The translations under genes and the position numbers were made by a program. The notes beneath the pieces are model-generated. The model was given only the letters and a program-made list of their open reading frames with translations. It searched no databases and was not told the origin of the DNA. This document shows positions 9,147-19,181 of a stretch of 32,000 nt of DNA, piece by piece; position 1 is the first letter of the stretch, and every line of letters begins with the position of its first letter. Source of the stretch: Methanococcus maripaludis (lineage in GTDB: Archaea > AGJL01 > Methanococci > Methanococcales > Methanococcaceae); NCBI RefSeq assembly GCF_002945325.1, contig NZ_CP026606.1:1050001-1082000 (forward strand), written 5' to 3'.

Positions 9147-9310
9147 GGGAGTATGGTGTAGTCTGGTCTATCATCGGGGACTCCAAGTGCCTATATGGCC
9201 TTCTTAGAAATCTAAGAATTTTTAAGGCGCACAAACACAAGTTTGTTGCGTGGACTAAAGCCCGATGCAGGAGAAATCCCTGGACCTGGGTTCAAATCCC
9301 AGTACTTCCA
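9147..9310 (+). tRNA. tRNA-Trp (CCA) interrupted by an 89 nt intron (9187-9275)
   Basis: Acceptor GGGAGTA/TACTTCC, anticodon stem GGGGA (9176-9180)/TCCCT (9277-9281), anticodon CCA at 9183-9185, T-arm CTGGG-TTCAAAT-CCCAG, discriminator A at 9310. Canonical hBHBh' at 37/38: CTCC (9181-9184) pairs with GGAG (9270-9273), with 3 nt bulges AA|G (9185-9187) and AA|A (9274-9276). No CCA tail encoded; a T-run follows. Confidence 0.93.
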
Positions 9311-9320
9311 CTTTTTTTCT
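9311..9320 (+). terminator. oligo-T termination signal after tRNA-Trp
   Basis: ctttttttct immediately after the mature 3' end. Confidence 0.5.
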
Positions 9321-9446
9321 TTTAAAAATATTATTCCACCGTATCGGTAACTATATACGCTTTTATGCCCAAACTTAAATGAATAAATATATATATTCTG
9401 TAAAAGATATGAATTAATGAACTTATAACACTGTTCAGGTGGTTAC

Positions 9447-9677
9447 ATGAAATTTTTAGAAAAACTAACATCAAAAAAAGGTCAGGTATCAATGGAAATT
9501 GGTATCCTCGTTGCAGCAGCAGTTGCAGTTGCAGCAATCGCAGCATACTTCTACGCAACAAACGTTAAAAATGCGCAAGCAGATACTGGAGCATCAGCTG
9601 CATCAACAACAGGTAATTTAACAAATATTGCAGATAGTGCAACATCGGGAATTTCATCTATTACGCTGACTGCGTAA
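9447..9677 (+). CDS. class III signal peptide-containing type IV pilin-like protein (candidate EpdE-like)
   Basis: 76 aa, MKFLEKLTSKKG|QVSMEIGILVAAAVAVAAIAAYFYATNV...: basic leader, KKG|Q processing site, then QxSxExxxL and a hydrophobic helix. Confidence 0.88.
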   Translation: MKFLEKLTSKKGQVSMEIGILVAAAVAVAAIAAYFYATNVKNAQADTGASAASTTGNLTNIADSATSGISSITLTA

Positions 9678-9705
9678 TTTCTTTTCTATTATTTTTGGTG
9701 ATTTT

Positions 9706-11487
9706 TTGGATTTATTTTATTTTTTGATAGTTCTAATTTTGATATACTTGATAAATCCTTTAAAAAATGACGAAAAATTGATGACAACTCCTTTTTTATC
9801 AATTTCTTATATTATAATTTCATCTTATTTTATGTCAGTTTTCGGCGTATCGTTAATCAAAATTTACTATATTATCCCGTTAATTTTTTTAACGATTTTC
9901 AATTTTAAAAAAATTTCTTTTAAAAATGTAAAGTTAAATAAAATTTCAGTTTTGTTTGTAATATTAATTTCATTACTCGCAGTTTTTGAAGGATATATAA
10001 TATTTCCCGAAAACCCGTTAAATAAAACAGATACTCAATACCACAGTTATAAATCACAGGCAATAATCGAAGAAAAAAGTTTATTTTATACAACATCTGA
10101 AATCCCATACGTAAATTACGTTAAATATCCTTCAGGATTTCATTCTTTAGTTTATTTCATTTCAAATCAGGTAAATGACATTCCAGATGCATTTAATTTT
10201 TTAATGTACTTTATGCTGGTTTCAATGGTTATTGGGTTTTATTTGGTTGGAGAATCAATAAAATCAGGACTTGGATATTTTACAGCACCTTTTGTACTGG
10301 CAGGAAGTGTTTTTTATGGAATAATTTACGTACTCTATCCAAATTATCTCGCTTATTCCTTATTTTTAATCTCTGTATTTTTCTTAATTAAATACTCAAA
10401 ATCAAGGGATACTAATTATCTCTATCTTTTTTCTTTAGTTTTATTTGCAATGATTTATACACACCCGTTTCCTGTTTTAATGTTGATTTTATTTATTTTA
10501 TCAATCACGATATTCGAAATATCAAATAAAAATTATAACGTAATAAAAAATTATTTTATATTTTCAGTTATTCCCGCAGTAGCTTCATTACTATTAATTT
10601 CAAAAAGAATGTCAAAAGATATAGTTTCATACAGCAAATCGTCAAATCTGCTTTCAGAACCTGTTAATATAATTATTCATAACATTTTCGCAGGATTTGG
10701 AATATTTTACCTGTTTATGAAACATCCTGTGTATGCCGTTACACTCGATAACGGAGTTACATTTTTAATTTCACTATTCTTTACTTATCTCTTCATAATT
10801 GGACTTTATGGCATATTTAAACATAAAATGTATTATCTAATACTGTTTCCTATATTGTTACTCTTTATTTTGATTAACAGTGAATCTATCCATCTTAGCA
10901 TACCATTTTTTAATACCATGTATGCATCAAACAGGATGATGTACAATATTCAAATAATAATGCCGATATTTTATGGTTTCGGAGTTTATTCGATCATAAA
11001 CACTCTTAAAAAAAGAACATTTAAATTAGGTTTTATTTTCTTAACTTCGTTTGTTATTTTTTCTTCAGCATGCATGAATTATCAAATAATTCCTGATTAT
11101 TTAAAAGAGCAGTATGTAGTTTCTGAAGCTGATTTGAATGCTTTTGAATGGATTAACTTAAATAATATTTCAAATGAAACGTTTTTAAATTTTGGGGAAG
11201 ATGCAGGACAATTTTTACCAATATATACATCTAATAAACCTGTTTTTTATTACTCAAAATTTTCAAGCGGAGATTTTTCAATAGGAAATAATACAATATA
11301 TGAACTTGCAAAATTTATTGATGGCAATGATCAGTATAACTACACGAAAGTATGTAAAATGAATAATATTAAGTATATTTACGTTTCAGGAGTACTTGGT
11401 GAATTATGTAGTGACTTCTTCAAAGATATGGCTTATTTTAAAATACTATATGGAGAAGACAACGTATATATTGTTGAAGTTATATAA
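9706..11487 (+). CDS. large multi-pass membrane protein (glycosyltransferase/DUF6541-like topology)
   Basis: 593 aa, many hydrophobic helices, with a soluble C-terminal segment (SEADLNAFEWINLNNISNETFLNFGEDAGQFLPIYTSNKPVFYYSKFSSGD...), a layout seen in archaeal and bacterial surface glycosylation membrane proteins. Confidence 0.65.
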   Translation: MDLFYFLIVLILIYLINPLKNDEKLMTTPFLSISYIIISSYFMSVFGVSLIKIYYIIPLIFLTIFNFKKISFKNVKLNKISVLFVILISLLAVFEGYIIFPENPLNKTDTQYHSYKSQAIIEEKSLFYTTSEIPYVNYVKYPSGFHSLVYFISNQVNDIPDAFNFLMYFMLVSMVIGFYLVGESIKSGLGYFTAPFVLAGSVFYGIIYVLYPNYLAYSLFLISVFFLIKYSKSRDTNYLYLFSLVLFAMIYTHPFPVLMLILFILSITIFEISNKNYNVIKNYFIFSVIPAVASLLLISKRMSKDIVSYSKSSNLLSEPVNIIIHNIFAGFGIFYLFMKHPVYAVTLDNGVTFLISLFFTYLFIIGLYGIFKHKMYYLILFPILLLFILINSESIHLSIPFFNTMYASNRMMYNIQIIMPIFYGFGVYSIINTLKKRTFKLGFIFLTSFVIFSSACMNYQIIPDYLKEQYVVSEADLNAFEWINLNNISNETFLNFGEDAGQFLPIYTSNKPVFYYSKFSSGDFSIGNNTIYELAKFIDGNDQYNYTKVCKMNNIKYIYVSGVLGELCSDFFKDMAYFKILYGEDNVYIVEVI

Positions 11488-11519
11488 CTATTTAAAGAAC
11501 TGGATGTGGACGTGGTGCT

Positions 11520-11741
11520 ATGAAATTTTTAGAAAAAATAACATCAAAAAAAGGTCAAATAGCAATGGAACTCGGAATACTGGTTATGGCGGCAGTTGCA
11601 GTTGCAGCAATCGCAGCATACTTTTATGCAACGAATGTTAGCAATACTGGAAAACAGATTACAAATTCGACAAACCAGACAACTCAGGCACTCGCTGATG
11701 CAATATCTGATGCTACATCAGAACTGTCTAGCTACGCATAA
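11520..11741 (+). CDS. class III signal peptide-containing type IV pilin-like protein, paralog of 9447-9677
   Basis: 73 aa, MKFLEKITSKKG|QIAMELGILVMAAVAVAAIAAYFYATNVSN..., nearly identical to the first pilin up to the end of the helix. Confidence 0.88.
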   Translation: MKFLEKITSKKGQIAMELGILVMAAVAVAAIAAYFYATNVSNTGKQITNSTNQTTQALADAISDATSELSSYA

Positions 11742-11752
11742 GATGTGACTTT

Positions 11753-12436
11753 ATGAGGCTTATAGGATTAACAGATTTACATAACCGCATAATTAATTTT
11801 GATAAACTTTTAAGGTACAAACCTGATGTTATTTTAATTTCTGGAGATTTTACAAAATGTAGCTTTGCTAAATCAGAGGATCAGGATGATTTATACGATA
11901 TTGTCTATGACGTAGATACAAAACTTATCGATTTTTTAGAAAATTTAAACAACAAAATAAAAGTGTTTATAATCCCTGGAAACTGGGAAAATTTGAATAC
12001 AATACAAAAAATGAATGAATCCGGGTTAAATATCGATGAAAAACTTGTTAAATTTTACGATACAATTTTTATTGGATTGGGGGGTTCAAATGAGACTCCA
12101 ATTTGTAGTCCAAACGAATATTCAGAAGATGAAATTTACGAAAGATTTATCAAAATTTTAAAAAATGAAAAAATAGATGTTAAAAATAATTTTATTTTAC
12201 TCTCACACGTTCCGCCAAAATATACAATGGCTGACAGGTGTGAAGCAGGACACGTTGGAAGTAGCGCAGTTAGAAAAATTATTGAAGAATTTAAACCAGT
12301 TTTATGCGCATGCGGACATGTTCATGAAAGTAGGAGTATTGATAAAATCGGAAATACCTTGATTGTAAACCCATCTTCAACTGGATTTTTTATATATGAT
12401 ACGAAAACTAAAAATTTAGAGATACATGATTTATAA
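11753..12436 (+). CDS. calcineurin-like metallophosphoesterase
   Basis: 227 aa with LTDLHNR, ISGDFTK, IPGNWEN, LLSHVPP and CGHVHES metallophosphoesterase motifs. Confidence 0.85.
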   Translation: MRLIGLTDLHNRIINFDKLLRYKPDVILISGDFTKCSFAKSEDQDDLYDIVYDVDTKLIDFLENLNNKIKVFIIPGNWENLNTIQKMNESGLNIDEKLVKFYDTIFIGLGGSNETPICSPNEYSEDEIYERFIKILKNEKIDVKNNFILLSHVPPKYTMADRCEAGHVGSSAVRKIIEEFKPVLCACGHVHESRSIDKIGNTLIVNPSSTGFFIYDTKTKNLEIHDL

Positions 12437-13078
12437 TTATCTTAAACGTCTTTTTTTCAAAGAAACTCTACTTGAAGCCTTCTTTTTTATAAATGATCTC
12501 ATATCTAAGTAGTAAAATAAAATAAACAGGTATGGGAGTAATATTTCAGGATAGTAATCAATTTCAATTATATTTAATAGTATTAATCCCACCATTAAAG
12601 TTAGATACAGTATAATATACAGTTCAAATGCCCAGTAACGAACAATACTGCTTCCAACAAGCGCAAATGAAGTAATTAACATGATAAATGCAATATAAAA
12701 CATGCTTAAGTATCCTAATGGTATAATATATAATAAAAACACGAATAGCAATGCTGAATAAAATAAAATGATTGCAATATAATATTCAAGTCCAAATTCC
12801 TGAAGCCCTTGAAAACTTGATGCATCGATACTTAATGAATTATCAAAATATGCTCTTGAAATTTCAAATACTACCATGGTAGCTATTGAAAACCCGATAA
12901 CTGGAATAATACTGTGTATACTCAACGTTTTTAACGTTATTTCCGAAAGTACGTATGTATTAATTGTACACATCAAAACTAAAATCAGATAGTATCCAGT
13001 CATAGACTTTGATATTTTTGTGAATACATAACCTATTATACCGGAAATTAACACAAGAAGTAGTATCTGATAATCCAT
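12437..13078 (-). CDS. predicted polytopic membrane protein
   Basis: 213 aa intact ORF with several hydrophobic segments and a basic C-terminus. Confidence 0.6.
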   Translation of the reverse strand: MDYQILLLVLISGIIGYVFTKISKSMTGYYLILVLMCTINTYVLSEITLKTLSIHSIIPVIGFSIATMVVFEISRAYFDNSLSIDASSFQGLQEFGLEYYIAIILFYSALLFVFLLYIIPLGYLSMFYIAFIMLITSFALVGSSIVRYWAFELYIILYLTLMVGLILLNIIEIDYYPEILLPYLFILFYYLDMRSFIKKKASSRVSLKKRRLR

Positions 13079-13210
13079 AAATATTCCTGCTATGGTTTTT
13101 TAAGGGTCAATTATACATATATATTAATTTTATAATATATAAATGGTACTCTCATGAGTTCTGAGTTATAAACGTCTAAATTGTACTTATTTTTGAATAA
13201 TGGTGCTATA

Positions 13211-14614
13211 ATGGAATATTTACTTAATTTAAAAAAAGCAGTTAAGATACTTAGAAAAAATCGGGACAAAAAGATACTGGTCTGTACCCACATCGATACG
13301 GATGGAATAAATTCCAGAATTATTTTAGAAAACGTGCTCGAAAGATTAAATATTGAAGCGGAATTTTTATTTTTAAGGCAGATTGATTACGGAACAATTG
13401 ATACAATTCCTTTTGACAATGATTTAATAATATTTGCAGACCTGGGAAGCGGTCAAATCGATTTAATAAATGAAAAATTAAAAGAAACTTCAAAAAAGCC
13501 AAAAATAATTATTTTGGACCACCACATAGTTTCAAACGAGAAAATACCTGAAAATATTGTAAATGTAAACCCTCATAACGATGGTATTGATGGGGGAAAG
13601 GAAATCTGTGGTGCAGGGGTCTGCTATCTTTTTGCAAAGATATGTGATCCTCGGTTTACTGATCTTGCAAAATATGCAGTTTTGGGGGCTGTTGGAGATG
13701 TTCAAAGCCTTGAAGGAAATTTAATTGGGTTAAATCGGGATGTAATTTTAAGAGATGCAGTAAAAGCAGGAGATATTTCCGTAAGTCCAGATTTACAGTT
13801 TTATGGGAAACATACAAGACCGCTTTTTACTTCTATTAAATATTTCACCGATGTTAGAACTGATCTTACTGATAACGATTCTCGAATAATTAACTTTATA
13901 AATAATGTAAACAGAAAGCACGGAACCGACATAATTCCAAAAGATTATTTATGCGATTTAACATTTGATCAGAAAAAAATCATGGGCAGTGAGTTCTTAC
14001 ACAAATGTAGCCGGTACATTCCTCCTGCATGGCGGATACACCTTCCAAAAGTTATTTTTGGAGAAAGCTACGAGCTAACAAACGAGGAATTCAAGTCGAA
14101 TTTAAAGAATCTGGAAGAATTTTCAACATGTATAAACGGCTGTTCGAGATACGATGAATACGATGTTCCCTTGGAAGTTTTAAAAGGGGATCGGGATAAA
14201 AACTATAGTAAAATGCTTAAAATGCTTAAAAAACACAAAAGAAATCTTGCGGGTTCAATGAACTTTTTAAGAAACGATGTTGAAATAGTTCAGAAAGAAA
14301 ACTTCCAGTACTTTAAGGTTGACAAAAATGCAATAAAAGGAAACATCGTAGGAATTGTTGCTGGAATGAGTTATTCTCTTGAAAAAGTTGACTGGAAAAA
14401 ACCGATTTTTGCAGTTTCTGAAATGGATGACGGATACAAAGTATCAGCAAGATGTCCAAAGCTTTTATCCTTTGCAGAAGATATAAATCTTGCAAGTGCG
14501 ATAAACTACGCTTCCAAAAAAGTTGGTGGAAGTGGCGGGGGACACAAATTTGCATGTGGGGCATATATCCCAGAAATCGGGGATTTTGTCAAATATCTCG
14601 AAGAAAAACTATAA
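13211..14614 (+). CDS. DHH-family phosphoesterase, archaeal RecJ-like exonuclease
   Basis: [41 protein letters not shown]..., [14 protein letters not shown] and C-terminal [16 protein letters not shown] (DHHA1). Start moved from 13181 to ATG 13211, just after ggtgct. Confidence 0.85.
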   Translation: MEYLLNLKKAVKILRKNRDKKILVCTHIDTDGINSRIILENVLERLNIEAEFLFLRQIDYGTIDTIPFDNDLIIFADLGSGQIDLINEKLKETSKKPKIIILDHHIVSNEKIPENIVNVNPHNDGIDGGKEICGAGVCYLFAKICDPRFTDLAKYAVLGAVGDVQSLEGNLIGLNRDVILRDAVKAGDISVSPDLQFYGKHTRPLFTSIKYFTDVRTDLTDNDSRIINFINNVNRKHGTDIIPKDYLCDLTFDQKKIMGSEFLHKCSRYIPPAWRIHLPKVIFGESYELTNEEFKSNLKNLEEFSTCINGCSRYDEYDVPLEVLKGDRDKNYSKMLKMLKKHKRNLAGSMNFLRNDVEIVQKENFQYFKVDKNAIKGNIVGIVAGMSYSLEKVDWKKPIFAVSEMDDGYKVSARCPKLLSFAEDINLASAINYASKKVGGSGGGHKFACGAYIPEIGDFVKYLEEKL

Positions 14615-14662
14615 TTTAAACTAAAAATAAAATAGAATATCAAGACTTTGCAGGTAAAAGTT

Positions 14663-15949
14663 ATGTTTAATGAAGACACAAAATTTGCATCCCCTTATGA
14701 AATAAAAGTTTTAAACGAATTAACTGGAAAAAATTTTCAGGAAGATGATTTAATCCTTTTAGAAAAGCTTTCTGGAATGGATTACAGAAAAAGAGTTTAC
14801 GTTTCAGAAGATCAGATTGGAACACTCGAATTTGATTTACTGGATTTAACGTGGAAATTTATTCCATCTCCTCTTTACTATATGATTGAAGACCCAAAAA
14901 TCTCCTTAAAATATACTAAAAAAAGGCTTAAAGGAAAATACATTAAAGAAGAGCTTTTGGAAAACCCTGAAGAATTAAATGAAGCATTAAAAGATGATTT
15001 TGAATATATCGGGGTAAAAATTGGGGATTTTTTAGGAGTTGGGGTTAGAAAAGAAGATCGGGTAAAAGTAAAAGATCTTTCAAGGAAAAAAGAGCTAGAT
15101 TTTCAAAAAATTGCAGATTATTTAGAGTATAATAAAGAATACCTTGATGAAATGGTTGAAAATTCAATAGAAATCCTTCAAGATGCTGTTGAAAAATACA
15201 AAAGAAAAGGATACGCGATAAACGCATCTTTTAGTGGCGGAAAGGACAGTGCAGTATGCACACTTATTTCAAAAGAAGTTATTCCTGATTTAGATGTAGT
15301 ATTTATCGATACAGGCTTAGAATATCCTGAAACCCTAAATTATGTGAAAGATTTTGTAGATAAATATGATATCAATCTTGATACTGTAGATGGGGATAAT
15401 TTCTGGGACAATCTTGAAAAAGAAGGCATTCCAACAAAAGACAATCGATGGTGCAACAGTGCCTGTAAATTAATGCCTCTAAAAAGATACTTAAAAAAGA
15501 AGTACGGAAACAGAAAAGTTCTTACAATTGATGGTTCCAGAAAATACGAGAGTTTCACCCGTGCAAATTTGGATTACGAAAGAAAAAGCGGATTTATCGA
15601 TTTCCAGACAAATGTCTTCCCAATTCTTGACTGGAATTCGATTGATATCTGGAGCTACATATTTTCAAAAGATATTATATATAATCCAATGTATGATAAA
15701 GGATTTGAAAGAATCGGCTGTTATTTATGCCCTTCAGCATTAAACAGTGAATTTTTAAGGGTAAAAGAACTTTATCCTGACTACTTTGAAAGATGGGTTA
15801 AATATCTTAAGAAATATTTCCCAGAAAGCGAAGTATTAAGGGGATTTTGGAGATGGGATGAACTTCCTCCAAAAATGATAGAACTCGAAGAAAATATGGG
15901 TGTAGATATCGAAAAAAAGAAAAGATTAAAAAGAATTACTCAACTGTAA
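14663..15949 (+). CDS. phosphoadenosine phosphosulfate reductase-family protein (PP-loop) with Cys-rich regions
   Basis: SFSGGKDSAVCTLISKE PP-loop, RWCNSACKLMPLKRYL and IGCYLCPSALNSEF. ATG at 14663 preferred to the upstream alternative start at 14648. Confidence 0.82.
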   Translation: MFNEDTKFASPYEIKVLNELTGKNFQEDDLILLEKLSGMDYRKRVYVSEDQIGTLEFDLLDLTWKFIPSPLYYMIEDPKISLKYTKKRLKGKYIKEELLENPEELNEALKDDFEYIGVKIGDFLGVGVRKEDRVKVKDLSRKKELDFQKIADYLEYNKEYLDEMVENSIEILQDAVEKYKRKGYAINASFSGGKDSAVCTLISKEVIPDLDVVFIDTGLEYPETLNYVKDFVDKYDINLDTVDGDNFWDNLEKEGIPTKDNRWCNSACKLMPLKRYLKKKYGNRKVLTIDGSRKYESFTRANLDYERKSGFIDFQTNVFPILDWNSIDIWSYIFSKDIIYNPMYDKGFERIGCYLCPSALNSEFLRVKELYPDYFERWVKYLKKYFPESEVLRGFWRWDELPPKMIELEENMGVDIEKKKRLKRITQL

Positions 15950-17735
15950 CACTTTTTGCAAGCCCTCGAGGCTTATCCACATCTCTTTTTAAATCAACAG
16001 CTTTGTAATATGCTAAAAGCTGACAAGCAGTAGCATAGACAAAAGGACTTACCTCTTCAATTACATCAGGAACTTTTATTGAATATTTTAAATTATCTTC
16101 AACGGGTGAAATTCCGATGATTTTGCCGTTTCTTGCTTTTATTTCTTCAACATTTGAAAGAACGGGACTTAAAAGCTCGGATTTTGATGGAGGAATTAGT
16201 GCAACAGTGTCCATATTTTCATCAATCAAAGAAATAGTCCCGTGTTTTAAAAATCCGCTGCTCATCCCTTCTGCATGCAAATATGTTATTTCTTTAAATT
16301 TCAAAGCTCCTTCAAGGGCATTTGCAAGATTAATTCCTTTTGAAATAAAGAGGTAGTTTTTAGCAGTCAATTCTTCTGCAATTTTTGAAATGTTTTCTTT
16401 TTCGTCCAAAACTTTTGAAACGTAATTTGGAATATTTAATAACTCTTTTTCAAAAATATCCATGTTTTTTCCAATTATTTTACCGTACTCAATGAATAAC
16501 CTGTATAAAATAACAAGCTGTGACATGAAGGTTTTTGTTGCACAAACTGCAATTTCTAGGCCGGATCCCATCATTATTGTAATGTCTGCTTCTCTTGTTG
16601 CAGTACTTCCAAGAACGTTTACGATAGTTGCAGTTTTTGCACCTTTTTCTTTAGCGTATTTAACTGCTTTCATCGTGTCGTATGTTTCACCACTTTGAGT
16701 TATTGCAATAACCAGTGTTTTTTCATCAACAATTCCTTTTGTTAAAAATTCAGACGAATCGATTGGAATAACTAATTTATTTAATCCTGAGAACCAGTAT
16801 TCTGCAACCATTGCAGCATGAAGTGAAGTTCCCATTGCAGTGATGTATATTTTATCACATTTTTCAATTTCTTTTCCAAGATTTTCAATTTCCAATTTTG
16901 AAATTTTCATTGAATTTTTTAAAATTACTGGTTCTTCCATAATTTCTTTTAACATGAAGTGCTCATATCCTTCCTTTTCAGCACTTTCCATATCCCACTG
17001 GAGTTCAATTTTATCTCTTTGAACTTGTTTTCCATCGTTTAAAACTTCGATATCTATTTTATCGTTTTCTTTTCTCAAAATTACGATATCACGATCGTTT
17101 AAGGGCATTGCAAGTTTAGTATATTCTAAAAATGCAGAAATATCGCTTCCAATAAAACATTCATCTTTTTTTATTCCTAAAATTAGTGGACTTTCATTCC
17201 TAACTCCAACAAGCATTTCTGGAAAATCCTGATTTAAAATTAAGAGAGCGTACGTTCCATTAAGTTTTTTAATTGTATTTTGAATGGCGTTAATATATGT
17301 TTTTTCAGTTATTTCTTTAAAATCTTTTAGTTCTTCTTCAATCAAGTGTGGAATAACTTCAGTATCGGTTTCAGATTTGAAAATGTGGCCTTTTGAAATT
17401 AATAGTTCCTTTAATTCCTTGTAATTTGATATGATTCCATTGTGTGCAATACATATTTTTTCTATGCAGTCGTAGTGCGGGTGTGCATTATCTTTTGTAA
17501 TTCCGCCGTGTGTTGCCCACCTGCTGTGCCCAATTCCAATAAAGCCGTTCATGTCATCAAAATTTTCTTTTTTTGAGACTTCTAAAACTTTTCCAGTATT
17601 TTTCTTAAGTTTAATTGTATCATCAATAGTTGCAATTCCGCAGCTATCGTATCCCCTATATTCTAGCCTTTTTAAACCATTTAGTAGTATTTTTGAAGCC
17701 CGTTCATTTCCGATATATCCAATAATTCCGCACAT
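15936..17735 (-). CDS. glmS: glutamine--fructose-6-phosphate aminotransferase (isomerizing)
   Basis: MCGIIGYIGNERASKILLNGLKRLEYRGYDSCG, two SIS domains and the C-terminal LAKSVTVE signature. ATG at 17735 with upstream aggtg places catalytic Cys at position 2; the tracked start at 17744 adds MFY. Confidence 0.93.
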   Translation of the reverse strand: MCGIIGYIGNERASKILLNGLKRLEYRGYDSCGIATIDDTIKLKKNTGKVLEVSKKENFDDMNGFIGIGHSRWATHGGITKDNAHPHYDCIEKICIAHNGIISNYKELKELLISKGHIFKSETDTEVIPHLIEEELKDFKEITEKTYINAIQNTIKKLNGTYALLILNQDFPEMLVGVRNESPLILGIKKDECFIGSDISAFLEYTKLAMPLNDRDIVILRKENDKIDIEVLNDGKQVQRDKIELQWDMESAEKEGYEHFMLKEIMEEPVILKNSMKISKLEIENLGKEIEKCDKIYITAMGTSLHAAMVAEYWFSGLNKLVIPIDSSEFLTKGIVDEKTLVIAITQSGETYDTMKAVKYAKEKGAKTATIVNVLGSTATREADITIMMGSGLEIAVCATKTFMSQLVILYRLFIEYGKIIGKNMDIFEKELLNIPNYVSKVLDEKENISKIAEELTAKNYLFISKGINLANALEGALKFKEITYLHAEGMSSGFLKHGTISLIDENMDTVALIPPSKSELLSPVLSNVEEIKARNGKIIGISPVEDNLKYSIKVPDVIEEVSPFVYATACQLLAYYKAVDLKRDVDKPRGLAKSVTVE

Positions 17736-17845
17736 ATAAAACACCTAAATTTTCGACTGAAAGCTATTTGACATTGTTTATATAATATAATTTCGATTAT
17801 TATAGTTAGTACTATTTATTCAGTCTTATTATCGGTGATTTATTT

Positions 17846-18283
17846 ATGAAAAAAATAACTTTAATCGGTAGCGAACTTGCAAAAACCGGAAACGAATTTA
17901 TTTATCTCGGGCCCCTTGAAGAATGCGAACCTTGCAGATTTAAAAGGATATGCCACAACAACTTGGAAATTGGAACGAGGTATAAAATTGTAAGTGTGAG
18001 ATCTGCAAATCACCCATGTACCGTTCATGAAAATGGAGTTAAGGTTGTAGAAGTAACGCCTGCAGAATTTACAATAATAATTGAGTCTAAAAAAGCTCTC
18101 GAAGGAGTAACTTTAACGCATGCAGATGTGCAGTGTGACAGGGTATGCTGTGAAAATTACCTTTTATGTCACCCTGAAGGAGTATCTGGAAAATATAAGG
18201 TAGCATCAATACTTCCTGAAAAAGTAGAATGTAAAAAGGGAAATTCTCTTAAAAAAATTTCAATAGTTCCGGTTCAGCAGTAA
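17846..18283 (+). CDS. UPF0179 family protein (Cys-rich)
   Basis: 145 aa with [22 protein letters not shown] and [23 protein letters not shown]. Confidence 0.75.
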   Translation: MKKITLIGSELAKTGNEFIYLGPLEECEPCRFKRICHNNLEIGTRYKIVSVRSANHPCTVHENGVKVVEVTPAEFTIIIESKKALEGVTLTHADVQCDRVCCENYLLCHPEGVSGKYKVASILPEKVECKKGNSLKKISIVPVQQ

Positions 18284-18286
18284 TGT

Positions 18287-19108
18287 TTATAACTCCTCAT
18301 AATTCTTTTTTAAAATAACTGCGTCGTATTCTAATCGAGGACTTTCACAAATAACCGTTCCAGAACATTCAAAATCTTTTAAAGCTTTTAAAACTGCCAT
18401 ATAATTAAATTCAGAATTTAAAATTGGAAAATGCTTTTTTTCGCCCCCGTTTCCAAAATCAATTCCTGAAATGTGGATGTGCATATCCTTAATTCCTTTT
18501 TTTCCAAGATTATTTTCAAGTTTTGATAATATATTTGAAAATGAATCATAATCATTTATTTTTCCAAGACTTCGTGCGAATACGTGCGAAAAGTCAATGC
18601 ACGGCATAATGTCAATTTCAGCTGACAATTGGATTAATTCATCAACGCTTCCAAATTGTGAGATTTTTCCAGTAGTTTCGGGCCTTAAAATCGCATTTAT
18701 TTTATTTTCATTCATTATTTCAAGTATTTTTTGAATATTTGCTTTTATTTTCCCATAAACTAAATCTTTATCCTGTTTTAAATAAAATCCAGAATGAAAA
18801 ACCACGTTTTTATTTTCAGAATTTTTTTTATTGAATATACTAATTATTTTTGCAGAATCAACGATTCTTTTAATGCTGGATTCGATTTTTTCAGGTTCTT
18901 TTGCATTTAAATTGATATAATAAGGGGCATGAGCACTGAGTGTAATTTTCAAATTTTTTGCCAAAGTTTCTGCTTTTTCAGCTTTTAAATTTACGCCACG
19001 TACGAATTCAAGCTCCATCGCATCAAGATTAATTTCTTTTAAATATTCGAGTGCGCTTTCTGTATTTTTAGCATTTATTGGTATTCCTGCAGTTCCAAAT
19101 TTCAACAT
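18287..19108 (-). CDS. sugar phosphate isomerase/epimerase or AP endonuclease 2-like TIM-barrel protein
   Basis: 273 aa with LKFGTAGIPINAKNTE, LSAHAPYYINL, VFHSGFY, CIDFSHVFAR, MHIHISG and VICESP. Confidence 0.75.
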   Translation of the reverse strand: MLKFGTAGIPINAKNTESALEYLKEINLDAMELEFVRGVNLKAEKAETLAKNLKITLSAHAPYYINLNAKEPEKIESSIKRIVDSAKIISIFNKKNSENKNVVFHSGFYLKQDKDLVYGKIKANIQKILEIMNENKINAILRPETTGKISQFGSVDELIQLSAEIDIMPCIDFSHVFARSLGKINDYDSFSNILSKLENNLGKKGIKDMHIHISGIDFGNGGEKKHFPILNSEFNYMAVLKALKDFECSGTVICESPRLEYDAVILKKNYEEL

Positions 19109-19181
19109 TTTATCACATGAGTTAAGAGTATCAACCTATTTATCTAAGTTTGTAGCTATATATTTTGATGTAGGTGAAGAC

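Noticed and set aside
9187-9275. Possible C/D box guide RNA within the tRNA-Trp intron
   Set aside because: I saw no RUGAUGA or CUGA pair by eye; the only similar string is cgatgc. Kept as an absence observation, not a feature.
9137-9325. 62 aa plus-strand ORF
   Set aside because: Lies entirely over the intron-containing tRNA-Trp gene.
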